The notes under the pieces are model-generated. The model did not search any database, had not been told where the DNA came from, and saw only the letters and a list, made by a program, of their open reading frames with translations. Shown here one piece after another: positions 23,951 through 36,999 of a stretch of DNA of 64,000 nt. The position numbers were made by a program, and so were the translations under genes. Position 1 is the first letter of the stretch. Every line of letters begins with the position of its first letter. The DNA comes from Nemertoderma westbladi (taxonomy: Eukaryota > Animalia > Xenacoelomorpha). The stretch is from positions 1-64,000 of the forward strand of contig JAUCBJ010008861.1 of the NCBI GenBank assembly GCA_032718475.1. The letters are read 5' to 3'.

Positions 23951-24983
23951 TTTTTTTTGGCTTATGAAATTTCTTCAGTAAATGCGAGACTGCTGTAATC
24001 ATCTATTTTTTTAGTAAAAAATAATAAACTTACAGTATATATGTTGAAAACCTGTTTTCAGTTAATAAGTTTGTGAAGAATTTTAAGTAAATAGTATATA
24101 AGTTAATATTGTTTCTATAGGGTGATGTTTGGTTTTAAACATATATACTGTAAGATTATTATTTTTTACTAAAAAAATAGCTGATTACAACAGTCTCACA
24201 TTTACTGACGAAATTTCATATTTTTAAATAAATATAACAGTACTTACTCAGTTTTAAAGCTTACATTTTAATTTTCACATTTTTTACTCAAAATAAATAC
24301 TGTAGATAGACAGTTTGTTGTCAAAGAATAGTTGAGGAATGTCTCGCAAAGTTTATTCATGGAATTTTTCAGTGAATCTAATTTCGCAAAAAAAAATATC
24401 AAATTAGTAGTGCTAAAACCCAGCATCACTCTGTAGAAACAATATATTATAAAAAATTTAATATTGTTGCCAAACGACCATACAAGTAAAGGTGGAAATA
24501 GCTACTTTCCAACAAACTATGGAGAAATTATTGAACGGCATTTCAACTGACACTACAGTGTATACATGAGACATTGTTTCATAATGTTACATATCGAATA
24601 ACACTATTACTGCTATATCTAGCACATACTCACAACAATCAATACCCTAGATCTAAACATTAATTATCATTCCATCTTATATTCAAACGTAATTAACCTG
24701 TCAATATTGTACTGATAATGTATGTAGAACAAGTATTATTATTATTAGTTAGATGTATTTCGTATTAATTAATATGCATTTTATGCTATCGAAATCATTA
24801 GAATAATTGGATCTCGTTGGTGGTGGCATATGCTATAGTATAGAATTCAATGAACAATAATTTATAATTGATACTACCACAAGCTATTTGTAAACATCTG
24901 CGACCAGTTATGATGAATAAATCGATATTGAATAATTATTACTTGGCATTCAACAGCTATAACTCGGATATTTATCGCCTTTT

Positions 24984-25065
24984 TCTCTCGTGGTTGGATG
25001 GGAGAGTGAGTGGAGAAATGTGGGGAGTTATATCGGTCCCGGGTTCGAACCCTGTTGAATATTTT
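24984..25065 (+). promoter_or_regulatory. tRNA-like Pol III A/B-box unit in right TIR
   Basis: A-box-like TGGTTGGATGG (24991-25001), B box GGTTCGAACCC (25042-25052), then TTTT. No complete cloverleaf. Confidence 0.5.
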
Positions 25066-25426
25066 GTTATCTGAAAAATTGCAAAATTAAATTTAGTTAC
25101 TGGTGAAAAATAGCGATTTGAAAAATAGTAGACGTTACCTGATGCTAAGTGTAGACACCCGAACACCTGTAAAATAAAGGTTGGTGATTGGATGCAGTAC
25201 TAGCGTCGGGGGACTAATAACGCCTCTAGCGGAATAAGCGGGAACTTGAGAAGTTACCATGGTTACGGTTGAAATGCTGTAATCTGATTGGTTGAAATAA
25301 TAACGACCACTGCTAATGGTTGAAATGGTGGCTTCTGATTGGCTGCAGTACTAGAAATGGATGGTAATGATGGGCTACGGGTGACCTTGTGCGGGGGGAC
25401 ATGTAATGTATACTACTAGCATTTAA

Positions 25427-27272
25427 CCCTATTAAAGTATTAAACCCGGGGGGGGTGACCACCCCGTGGTTTTTTTTATTATAATACTGAAACTAACGCA
25501 GTTGGGAATCTGAAATTTTATGACTTTTCCTAAAAATCTATTGTCTTCCTAGTAGTGAAAATCGTTTTAAAAAATATTGTGTAGTTTTCGAGTTATAGCA
25601 CCATTTTTTAACCCTACATTTGGCACTTTTTTTGAGACGTTTTTTGAAAATTACATTTCATTAAATATTAATTGTAACATCTCTATTTTTGATTTACACC
25701 GGTTTTTTGGTGTTAGCAATTGGATGGAATTCATATAAATTGATTTAGAATTTTCAAACTTGTTTTTTTCGGCGGGTGCCAAATTTTGGTGCCAGCACCA
25801 AATTTTGAAATATGTCAATTTTGTAAATTGATTGTTTGAAACTTGTTTTTTACGCAATTGGGGTTTTTTGGGGTTCTGGTTTTGATGAAATATATACGAG
25901 TTGCACCAAGCGTATCAAACTTGTATTTTTCGGTGCTGTGTGCAAATTTTGGTGCTAGCACGAAACTTTGAAAATCCACTCAACAGATAAAATTGGTTGT
26001 GACAATTTATTTCTTGCATTTTAGAGTTTTATGGCAGTTCTGAATTCATTGGACTATATAATTATCGAACTAGACATCTCAAACTTGTATTTCTCGGAAG
26101 TGGGTGCAAAATTTGGTGCTAGCACCAAATTTTGAAAACCATCAAATATATCAATTGATTGTGTCATCTTGTTTCTTGCGTTATACGGGTTTGTTAGGGT
26201 TCTGAATTCAATGGAATCAGTAAAAATTTCATAAGAATTTTCAAACTTGTATTTTTCGCCGGTGGGTGAAAATTGTTGTTTTGCACCAAATTTTGGAAAA
26301 TGAGTAAATTGATCAATAGATAGTATCATCTTGATTCTTGCGTTATACGGGTTTATGAGAGTCCTGAATCCGATTGAAACAATAAAAACAACACTGGACA
26401 TCGCAAACTGGTACTTTTTGGTGATGGGTACGAAATTTGGTGCTAGCACCAAAATTTGCCAAATTACGCCGAAAAATACAAGTAGCAATGATCTGGCATA
26501 TTTGAAATGTATTCCATTAGAATCAGCGCCCTAGAAAATCGAAAAATGTGAATTTATGGCATCGTATAAGTGAATTAAAAATTTTGTGTTCTAACTGAAA
26601 AGTGCTGGTTACTTGTTTTTTTCATTTTTTTCGTACGCATAGAGGACTAAACAGCCATTTATGGTAATCATATCATTTTTAAATGTTTTCCAATGTATTT
26701 TGCGCCCCAGAAAACCTGTATTGAAAAACAATTAGCCGAAAAATGTAACTTGATCGTAAATGAAACATATGATCTGGCATATTTGAAATGTATTCCATTA
26801 GAATCAGCGCCCTAGAAAACCTAAAAATGTGAATTTATGGCATCGTATAAGTGAATTAAAAATTTTGTGTTCTAACTGAAAAGTGCTGGTTACTTGTTTT
26901 TTTCATTTTTTTCCTACGCATAGAGGACTAAACAGCCATTTATGGTAATCATATCATTTTTAAATGTTTTCCAATGTATTTTGCGCCCCAGAAAACCTGT
27001 ATTGAAAAACAATTAGCCGAAAAATGTAACTTTCAAATTTTGTGAAAAATGTGCACTACTTGTAATTTTGGTGCTGCAATATTACCACCCCAGTACATTT
27101 TTTCGAAAATTTTTTTTCTCGGTCGGATCCAGACTAGTGATACCTAAGTACAAACAAAAAATCAGACGTTTTCGTTAATATTTGGAGATTTTAGAGGGAT
27201 GGGTCAATATGACCCCCCCCCCCCCCCCCCCCCGGTATTTGTACAGCATTTTATAGCCCGGTACTAATAGGG
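25427..27272. mobile_element. piggyBac-like non-autonomous element (MITE)
   Basis: TTAA|CCCTATTA ... TAATAGGG|TTAA, with subterminal G/C tracts and a GGGTC..GACCC palindrome. Internally there are ~162-bp degenerate repeats (~25750-26470) and a ~281-bp tandem duplication (26489/26770). No transposase. Confidence 0.78.
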
Positions 27273-27597
27273 TTAAATACCGGTATGACACCAAAATATT
27301 TCTTGAATCTAATTCAAAAAATTCAAAAAAAATAAATCTGTCACCCAATAATATTTCCAATTGTATATATATATAGCCCAAATCAGCCTAATTTTATTTT
27401 TAAATTTTATATATCCACTGGCGCGTGGCTACACCTTCAGGTTGCGACACTCTCTCCTTCCTCCAACTGAGCGATCCAAAACACCATGGCCGGCTGAACC
27501 TAACTAACCTAACTAATAAACTGAGTTCAGTCTCGCAGTCAAACAACCGGTAATTTTTTACTGCTTCCTCAAATACAACGGTACCAACAGAACAACT

Positions 27598-28405
27598 ATA
27601 ATTATTATTATTATTTAATCACAAATGTTTAAAAGAGAGGAGAAAAACATGGTAATAAAAAACAACTAGTTTATTGCACGAGTATAAACAGGTACAAGGG
27701 AAAACTTACAGTTGTCGCCTCTCAATAAGACACAGATAGAATTGGTATGACGAAATATGGCACAAAATACGAAATAAAAATAAAAACAGACTCATATTAA
27801 AAAACAGACAAAATCAAAAAGTTAAAGAGGTTTATACTACTTTATAGATTCCTGTTAAATTTACAAAAGGGTAGCAAATCAATGATATTAAGGTTATGTG
27901 AAAATACGTCTAAGCTGTGCGATTTTACAACTTCACTTGGAAGCGAGTTCCAAATATCAACTACACGAAAAGCAAAATAATTTTTTACACATAAGTAGAC
28001 GAGACTGCCGATGGTGCAGTTTGCGAGATTGACCTCGAAGTCCAGATCTCAAAGCTCTAGTAAAGAACTAATAAAAATTTAAATCTACGGAGCCTGTAAA
28101 AATTTGGTAGGTCATTTTTAAATCAAAGATTATTCGCCGGGATTCAAGCGGTTCTAGATTTAGAACCTTTAAATGATCATCATACGGCAAATAATCATAC
28201 TTGCAGCGAGTAAATAAACGGCGAGAAAAATATCTTTGGACCCTCTCAACAAGGTCAATACTTCCCAAATGATAAGGCGACCAAACTGGTGAACAGTATT
28301 CCAAAATTGGACGAACATAAGATATAAAGGATGTAAGCAGAGAGCAGTGCGATTTGCAGTATAAAATCACTTAAAAATCATATTTACCAATTTAAAAGCT
28401 TTAGT
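27598..28405 (-). pseudogene. 5'-truncated CR1-group LINE 3' end
   Basis: SYVRPILEYCSPVWSP..VERVQRYFSRRL..LESRR is the post-RT region. The 3' UTR ends in an (AAT)n tail near 27600. Confidence 0.85.
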
Positions 28406-28461
28406 GGGCTGAAGACGACAGTGCTTATCAAAACTGAGATTACTACACTTACTTACACTTA

Positions 28462-28774
28462 CAATATTAAATGTGTTAATCATATATTATCTTACATTAC
28501 TGGTTTACCGGTCAGTTGTGTTATTCAGTTCAGTCAGTGCAGACTGGTCATAGTTAATGACCGCCACTGCCATACCGGTAACATCTGTATCTTAATCTGT
28601 ATTTTCTGCGCATTTACTGGCGTGCTATTATCGTCCATGTTAATTAATATCGAAAGACAACAGAAACTTTCACTGTTTTTCCCAAACGGCCTCGGCCAAA
28701 GCTAGTAGCACGATCCCCAGCAGAACGGTGACGCGTACTTTAACAACCCGGTCGGGATCTCTGATCCCGTCACA
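28462..28774 (-). repeat. Dispersed module, copy 3 (inverted)
   Basis: Reverse complement of 20024-~20322. Confidence 0.85.
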
Positions 28775-31159
28775 GTCATTAACTGCCACCTGCCAATAAA
28801 CTGTGACTGCAAGAACAAAGAAAAATAGAAAGATGGCGGAGGAAGGAACACCCCGATTATCAGAGGGAGAGAGGACGCCGCCGTGGACCCCGGACGACAC
28901 TAACCAAACGATCCGAGAGGCCGCGACGCGACGGTATCAGCCAGCTACGCCGCATTCACCGACGAGGGACGATCCGGTAGCCCAAGCGGAGGGGGGCTGT
29001 CAACCACGAGGGAGAGACGAGTCGACGCACGACGGCGGTCGGAGTACCGAAGTCACCGGCCAGCCACAGGCCGAGGGTGATGGACGGCCCACCGGAACAG
29101 CGATGGTGGGGCCGCCAGTATGATGCCGGACGAGGAGAGGAGGAGGAGTCGGAGAAGAGGACGTCGGGATGAGTGATCGGCTACGACGGGCCTACAACGC
29201 CACCAAGAAACTGCTTAAGGAGGCCAAGGAAGGGAGAAAGGTAAACCAGCCTAAACTACATCAGAGGCTAGGTGAGTCGAATAAACATTTTCGATATTTA
29301 GTCCGTTTTGGACAGGGAGAACTGGCGAGTGAGAGAGCGAGGGGGGTCGCCATGGAAATGTTTGAATTGTGGCGGTCCGGGGTAATGGAGCCTGAAGTAG
29401 TGTACGTAGGGCCTTATTTAGTGGATGCTAGGGGAATTAAGTTAGTGGGTTGGGGGGTCCTGCACGACGGCGAACCCGAGGTTAACCCTGAGGATTTGGT
29501 ATCGTCGGTTAGCAAGAACCCCAGAAAGCAGGGGAAAGTTAGTAGGACAGAGAGGCGACGGGAGTCCGTCGCGACCGATAAGTCCGCTACATCCACTACA
29601 TCCGCTAGTTACGCAGGGAGTAGTGGGGGTGAGTCAACCCAACGGGAGCCTGCAAGGCCACGCAGTCGCACAGGGAGAGGCGGGGTGAGTAGACCCAACA
29701 GGAGTGGAGATAGTGCATCGACTAGAGAGGGGCGTAGAAGCGAAGTAGGAGGTAGCGAAGTAAGAGGTGGCAAAGGGGGGGGGGGGGAGCTACGGGCACC
29801 CCACCATGAGAAATTAGTGGCAAAAGGGGGGGGGGCAGAGAATGTCCCACAAGCGTCGGCGGATAATGCGTGGGGCGAGTTAGGTGAACCACGACACCCG
29901 ATGGCAGAGAATAGTAGGGGGATTGCTAGTATCCCCAGGAGCGTCCAACCGGGTAAAGAGAGAGAGGTTGGCGCCGTGAGCAGGCAAGCGACGAGACGCC
30001 GAGCCCAGTCAGAAGACGGAAGAAGACAGTGGAGTTTATCCAGGAGGTTGAAGCGAGATCTCACAAAGGGGATCGCTACACAGAAGAGAGAAGAAGTGAA
30101 GAGAATAGAAGAAGCGTTGCTACGAGCAACTGGAGAGCAAGGATGGACAGTGAATCGTCGGCAGTAGAGATGGAGAGTCAGTGGAGAGTCAGTGGGGTCA
30201 AACTCCGGGAGATTGCCGTCGCCCCGGAGAGACACAGCCTGGTGAGATATATCACACACAGGTAGAAGGGTACTGGAAGTACCGGTGCGAGGACGAGGAC
30301 AGAAGAGGGGATCGCAGATTGTGAAGGGGCATTAAATGGTAAGCCATTACGTGTACCGAAGGATGACCGGGGGTCATCAGGGGCCTTAATGCCGACGCAC
30401 ATATTGAGGGGGAGGCTAGCAGAGGTAGCATGTACCAGTGAGGATGACATGAAGGGTGGCATTCAACCGCCAAGTGACGACAAGATGGAGGGTGGCATTT
30501 TGCTGCCAGGGGACCAAGATGAGATCGGTGAGATGACAGAAAGACCCGATTTAACAATGGAAGAGAAGGGAAGGTCAGTTGCAAGAGAGTTGGAATTGAC
30601 AAGGAGAGTGGGGCGAAGAATAAGAGGACCTATAGGGGGGCAGTGGGAGAGTTGCCTGCTGGAAGAATCACCCTTAGGTTGTTGAGTCGTCCAAAAAGTT
30701 GGACTGAAGGGGGGTGAAAATGGAAGAGTCAGATCCGTGGAAGTGAGAATAGGAGGCAAGATAGGAGCCAAAGATAGGAAGACCTACAGGAGGGCTGTGG
30801 GAAAGTGCTGCCTGTTTGAAGGGGCACCTTAGAGTTTAGTCGTCCAATATGTTGGACTGAGGGGGGGTGGGAATGAGGGCGAGACGCCCTTCCCACACAA
30901 AATATAAAAAAATAATAAGCAAATAAAATAAGAAGCGAGATAGTAGAAAGTTAGAAAATAATAGTAGTAGATAGTACGTAGCACTAAGTAGTAGTTAGAA
31001 GTTAGGGAGTGTGGTATATTGACATATCACGAGAGTAGTAGCGGGGTACATAGTACCCTAGCAGTAGGGTAAATATTACAGTAAGAAGCCAGAAGTTAGA
31101 AGTTACGGAGTGTTGTATATTGACGTACCACGAGAGTAGTAGCGGGGTACATAGTACCG
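28775..31159 (+). mobile_element. Second, more deleted copy of BEL/Pao element B (B2)
   Basis: The gag N-terminus is nearly identical to 18746-19852 and 17612-18493. It has the integrase C-terminus GENGRVRSVEVR..TYRRAVGKCCLFE (DUF5641-like), a G-rich tract and the same downstream repeats. Confidence 0.85.
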
Positions 31160-33900
31160 GATAGACTTCCCTTGGAAAAGCGCGGTGCAGTCATTGACTA
31201 CACGCACCTTGCCAGATTTGTCCGGGTGTTGAACAAAATGAAGTGGCAGGTAAAACGTTTGATCTGTGGTTACCTCTGGATTTAACATCCTAATGGCGTA
31301 TCCCTTTTGGAGATACATCTGAAGTTGCGCACTGTATTGCATATCATCACACAACAGCCGCTGCCGTATTGACTTAAGTCGTCTCAAAGCAAGCGGGTAG
31401 TTGTTAACGAGCTTAGGTTGTCCATGCCGCCACAATATGCCAACTTCGTAGTGGCCATTCGCTTCATAATCTTTAATGACCGTTTTTCCTGTTCTGACAT
31501 AGCAGTCTCGTAACTACCGGGTTCTGCTGAGTCCTGTTCCAACCACTTAATGGTCTTCTCAGTCAGCAGTCGGTCAAGCGCTGCTTGCGCTGTGCCATAG
31601 TCCTCGTCTATGTCGTCCTCCGCTGCAGTGGCTAGTGTCCATGAGGCTGGTAGGCTCGCAAGCCTTCCGGTGTCACTAGTCAGCGTTGAAACGTCGTAAG
31701 GAGGTTCGACAACCTTTTGATCTATCAGTAGGCTCGCAAGCCTTCCAAGATCAACGACCGATTTTGAAGCCTGGTGAATGGGGTCAATGGCCTTCAGATT
31801 TGTCGGTAGGCTCGCAAGCCTTCCAAAACCCTCATTCATCGAGTCATCCACAGCAACAACCCTTTGGTCTTCGGTAGTCAATACAACCTGTTTCGCTGCA
31901 AGTAGCTGTAAGTCCGTGTGGTCTCATCCAGATCTATTACATCAGTATCAGTTACGTCAGTGGTAGCGACGCAAGTCTGTCGTAGTACAGTCTGTACAAT
32001 TGGACCATAGGAGTGTGAAGGAGAATTAGCTATCATAGTAGTCAATAAACTACACGTGCTCAATACGTCGTCCTCCTGATCACTTACCTCTAGTGAATGC
32101 ACAGGTGCTCTAGTATACCAAACTTTGGGAGTTCTACATGCATAAGGGTTGCCCGCTGTTATAACAGAAGGGCGTGTCTCCCATACTTTATGCAAGTTAA
32201 ACTGGTTCGTCCCAATTAACATCGCAATTGAGTGATAATTAACAGGACATTCCGGTATTCCAAGATGTCGGATATACTTACGGTCTTCAGGTGATTGCTC
32301 TGGCACAGGGCCGAGCAGGTTACTAAAGTCCTTCGTAGCTGCAAAGGTCAAATTTCTTACCGAAAGTATTGAGCGTTCCTCCTTGCTGTGTTCCGCTTTG
32401 GAAAGAAGAGTATCTAAGGTTAATTTAACTCTCGTCCACTTTCGTCCTACTGGGCTCCTTCAGCTAAAGGCGCACCCACGAGGCGGACGTGTTTCAACCA
32501 CCCCTGGGGCCAGTCCGACTGATGTTCTTATCAGACCGGGCTGGAGGGTGGCCTGATGCTTCCCGGGTTCTGTTTTCAGTCCCCCGATCAGGCGATCACA
32601 CTGGCACAGCTCGTCGCACGTGTAGCCAGATGTTCGGCTACTGTCTACTTACTGTGGCCTGACTGTACATTGAGCCAACTCAGAGAGTCAACAAGCAGGT
32701 GAACCAGTCGATAGCGATCGAGCACCAAGGTCGCCCTTGGGTCTAACCAACAGTCTTGTCCCACGTGGGTTTGCGCTACCCAACATTGGAATTTTGACTC
32801 GTTTTCACCCGCCTCGCCGGCAGTATTGAGGGGAAGTAAGTTCCACAACAATACTAACTAGCTCGAAAGCTGGGAACAAGTAACCACTTACCAGTCACTG
32901 TACACATGTACTCAACAGATGTTCACAATATCAAGTACACAACAGAAAACACAAAATCGAACATATACCTTGCACACACAGAGGACAAAATCGGGAAAGA
33001 CGAAATCGGGGTCAAAATCAGAGGGGAGAAAATCAGAGGGGAAAAAATTGTATCGACTCATAAGAGAGTTGAGAGTACCTTATTTTGCCATCACGGCAAA
33101 ATAACTTTGTGTGCACAAAGTATGCTGGGGCGCAGTAGAGATATGGTCCTACTAATACCAGCGGCATCTGGACCAACTGGCAAGGGATACCATACTCATT
33201 CGCAGTGGCCACACATACACTCACGTGTACCATGTACCCACAGCAGCAGAAAGCTCAAAGACTCAAACAAATCCCAAAGACCAATCAGCTGAACATGGAG
33301 GCAATAACATATAGTATCAAAAAAACGGAACAACTGATGGCCAAAGGAACCCATCCAAGCCCCAAGCAAACTGCCACTGACGCCTACATACTCATCATAG
33401 TTCACACCACATGAACCACAAATCACGCCAAGCCACCACCCCTACTGTGTACAGAACTAGCAGTACGGCAACAGGGCGACTAGATGGTACCACGGCACCA
33501 TGTCGATCCATGATTTGTTAGACAATGCACTCCCTTGCACTCAGAGCGATTTAACGTGCCCCTAGACCCTCACGAGTCCACCGCCGCCTGCTCCCTGCAC
33601 CCCTATAGAGACCTCACCTCTTTAGGTACAGGGATCGCTCTTTTACCATGCATGCTCCTTACATTATACTGAGCAGTCTTACCTTTACGTATAAACGCTT
33701 GCTCCCTTGGGTTCCGGTAATCTTTATAGGAATCACGCTAAACCCTTTCAATTGGTTCTGTGTGAGGAGTGTTATCGATGGTTGTTCCTCCCCTGCATGC
33801 ATGTAAAAGGTGTCATCTTCCTCCTCATCCTCGTCCGGCGATCCTGATTGATCCATACAATCGGCGTAGAAAGTAAGGATTTCGCGCGGTGCGCGCTCTT
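31160..33900 (-). pseudogene. Degenerate BEL/Pao protease-RT fragment (element C) with unassigned sequence at ~32400-33650
   Basis: SVIPIKI (pre-protease); MLIGTN..PYACRTPKVW; NNYPLALRRLKS..YLQKGYA..FYLPLHFV..KSGKVRVVNDC..FQGKS (BEL RT N-terminus). Confidence 0.8.
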
Positions 33901-36900
33901 TATAAAGCGCGTCGCATCTAGCCGCTTTATCTGGATGCTCTCATCGAAAGCGTTTAGTTAGAGTATGACTATTCGTGTGGAGTAACGCGTCGTGGTTATG
34001 TCCACATAGAGGACATTGTTGCTGCAGGCATAAATCCTGCCTTTAAAATTACTTATTTACCAATTTATTCAAATAACTGTATTTTTATCAGTTACGGTAT
34101 TATTTCAATAATTTAGTAAGATTATTCCCCAGTAAAAGGGTTCTCACGCCATCTAGTGCTATCATGCCTGTATTGAACTTATTGCTACATAGAACGTCCA
34201 ACGAGCAAGTGATCTCTTATTGGCTTATAACAATTACATTCATCCCCCTAAAGTATATAATATTATAATACCTGTTGATTCATTACTGTTTGTTTGGAGT
34301 TCTGCAGGAGATTACTTCTCATGCAGACGTATTATACCCCTGGTTGATCGTAGCCAGCGGTATTTATTACATGTCTTATGTACCGATAATTGAATTATAA
34401 TTTGTACTCGTAATCTATTCTGTCGTTAAATATAATTTGTTCTCTCATCGCTGATTATACCGCCGATATTACGTAATCAAGGAGATTTTACACGCGCCAA
34501 ATACAAGGTGGGTCTATGCAATTAAGTATCAGTGGTAATCTGGACAATTGTAATAGAAGCTTGTTGTTCTATCTCTGACTCGCTAAATAATTAATATATG
34601 GCGATATACCAGACCATTAATATAAGAAAGGCTCTTATTATTAATTGTACCACGATTGAGAGTTGTCATAAATTAATTACGATATAAATATTTGTATAAT
34701 CGTACACAAAGGCAAGTCACTAAACGTTTCTCCTAAAGAGAAACACAAATACCGCCACAGGGTGTTGTCACACCCTCCCGGCATCGTATCTCAGTGAAAT
34801 ACAATAGATAATCAAATACCATAACAAACCAACTTATGAGAGGAAGGCAAAGGGGAAGCTACGATCGATACAGTAAGTGGCCCTTGTTGACAGGTACGGT
34901 ACACTAGCGCAATCCCGTTTATTGTGTCAGACCAGTGGTTTATACGTCATAGATGCATGAGTTCTCAGCTCCAACTATTATAAGCTCCAAATTACACAAA
35001 TTGAGATTGAATGAACATAATTTACTAAAAGCGCTAACAGTAATAAATATTTTAACACCAGCCCTCCTCTCTTTTTGACTGTTTTGGTTTGCTTATTCAT
35101 TATTAATGTGCTTATATTTCTCTAATTTCGACTGATCATCGTAATTGATAGGGATTTGGTGCATAAATATTTATCAATTTATTGTAAACACTGATCCCGT
35201 TTATTGTTTTTGTTGCAAGAATTTGATAAACTTATTTACTGGTGTATGTATAACTGGAGAGTGTAAAGAAGTACTTTATATACCATTATTTATAATTGGT
35301 GTATTTGTTGCTTTTTGCTTTCACGTATTTTTGAGTTTTGAACATTAACTGACAGCGCCCTACGTTTTGTTGGACCTTGTAAGGCGTAGACGTTCGTTTT
35401 CTACTATAAGCCGGGTACAATAGGTAAATTCCCACGGCAATAATTCTAGATTGGTCGGGTCAGATAATAGACGGAATCTCATATTTACCGTAAAACATTT
35501 TGCTGCAAGTCTGCCTACTGTGAATTACTGGTATCTGATTGCTTGGCTTCATAGTGTATTAAGTAAATGCGTAATTATTCTGTAGGCCTCATTTTATCCC
35601 CTATTTCATTCCTATTTCCATTATTGGAACACATAAAGTTTTTATCTCCTTGTGGGAGGAAATATAACTTTATTTCTGACGAATTACCTTTCATACTTGG
35701 TTTTATGAAATTGAGGCGCAGAAGTACGACTGGCCCATCAACAATATCCAAAACATAGTCTCTGGATGAATCGTGGGGCACCCCCGTTTCTTTAATCGAG
35801 TTTCGAACTGTTATTTATCGACTTACCCTCAGTACAGACTTATTAGTTCGATTTTTTCATTCGATCGGAACCATTTTCTGCGATCTTAGCCGATCAACTG
35901 TTCGTTATACCCGACATTAGGCGACGTAACTAAGAGTCCTAATTAGCGTATGCGGCAATAGCGGGGACGCATTCTACTAACTGTATCTATTGTTTTATTT
36001 GTGCTATTAACGTTTGCCTCTTGTCTGGTTTCGACTTCCAAAACGCTCGAAACATTTACAAACCCCCTGTTAAATTCCCACTGTCTTACCGTCCTATTAA
36101 TTTGTTTTATTTGCGTACTACCCAGAAGTAAACTCAAAGTTTACACCCCCATTTTGTAACATAGGTACTTTAGGTATAAGTAACGTTTTTGTACTAATTT
36201 TATAATTGTGCGGTTTTTTATTCCGATATTATAATTCCATAATAAATATAAAAGGAACATTTAACCGATATTCATACATATTATCGAGCTATTTAACATT
36301 TTCAGCTCATTATTGCCACTTCAGATCCATTATTTGCAACTTGGACCTCTGTCAGCGTAATATTTGAAAAACCAATATATTTCTTGGGTGGAATTATTTG
36401 TCGATTTACAGGCAATATCAGTCACATGACCAGTCCTCTCACAGAGTAACCCTGACAACCCGATAGGTTAACGTTATCTGCCTCAGTAGCTGTAGACAGG
36501 TATGCCACATTGCAGTGATAGCCATTGTACCTTAGCCCGCTTGCTCCAGCTTACACAACTGATTGGTGATTGGCTGTGTTACTCCAAGGCAAAGCATACC
36601 CTCTTCCTAGTAATGGTATACTACCTAATCCGGCCTCACCTTCATTGCTGCTTGGTTGTGTTAATCTCTGAACCAATTGGAGATCATTATTGCTCTTAGT
36701 GATACTTTTGCCCGTAAAGAGTTAAATCCGATAATTCTCCCCATCTAGCGGTGAAATAAAATATCTATCACGACATTATTCTACACAAATAAATTGCCAG
36801 TCTCATTTTTATTATTTACCGGTGTTTGGCGATTTGTGAGATTGAATATAGTGCCGTGTTATTTATTTGGGTGCAATTGTAATAACTATTTATAATATAT

Positions 36901-36999
36901 TATTGCTGTTGCAATAAAAGGTCGATAATAAAGGGAAGGCATAACAATCACAAAAGGGTTTAATAAAATAAAATTTCGTTGAAATAATATTTAACAAAA

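Larger units (their letters stand above)
21028..25417. mobile_element. Non-autonomous Polinton/Maverick-type element
   Basis: Termini AGTAGTATAC...GTATACTACT. 6-bp TSD AGCATT at 21022-21027 and 25418-25423. Near-perfect TIRs at ~21028-21894 and ~24550-25417. No pPolB, integrase or capsid ORF inside. Confidence 0.88.

Noticed and set aside
31652-31824. CRISPR-like repeat-spacer pattern
   Set aside because: Only three 17-19-bp repeats, in frame within a retrotransposon ORF, in eukaryotic context with no cas genes. Kept as a cis-motif finding instead.
33960-36990. Possible decayed LINE ORF1 (~35350-36130, minus) and LTR start TGTAACA (~36154)
   Set aside because: No convincing motifs, partner LTR, PBS or TSD could be established by eye.
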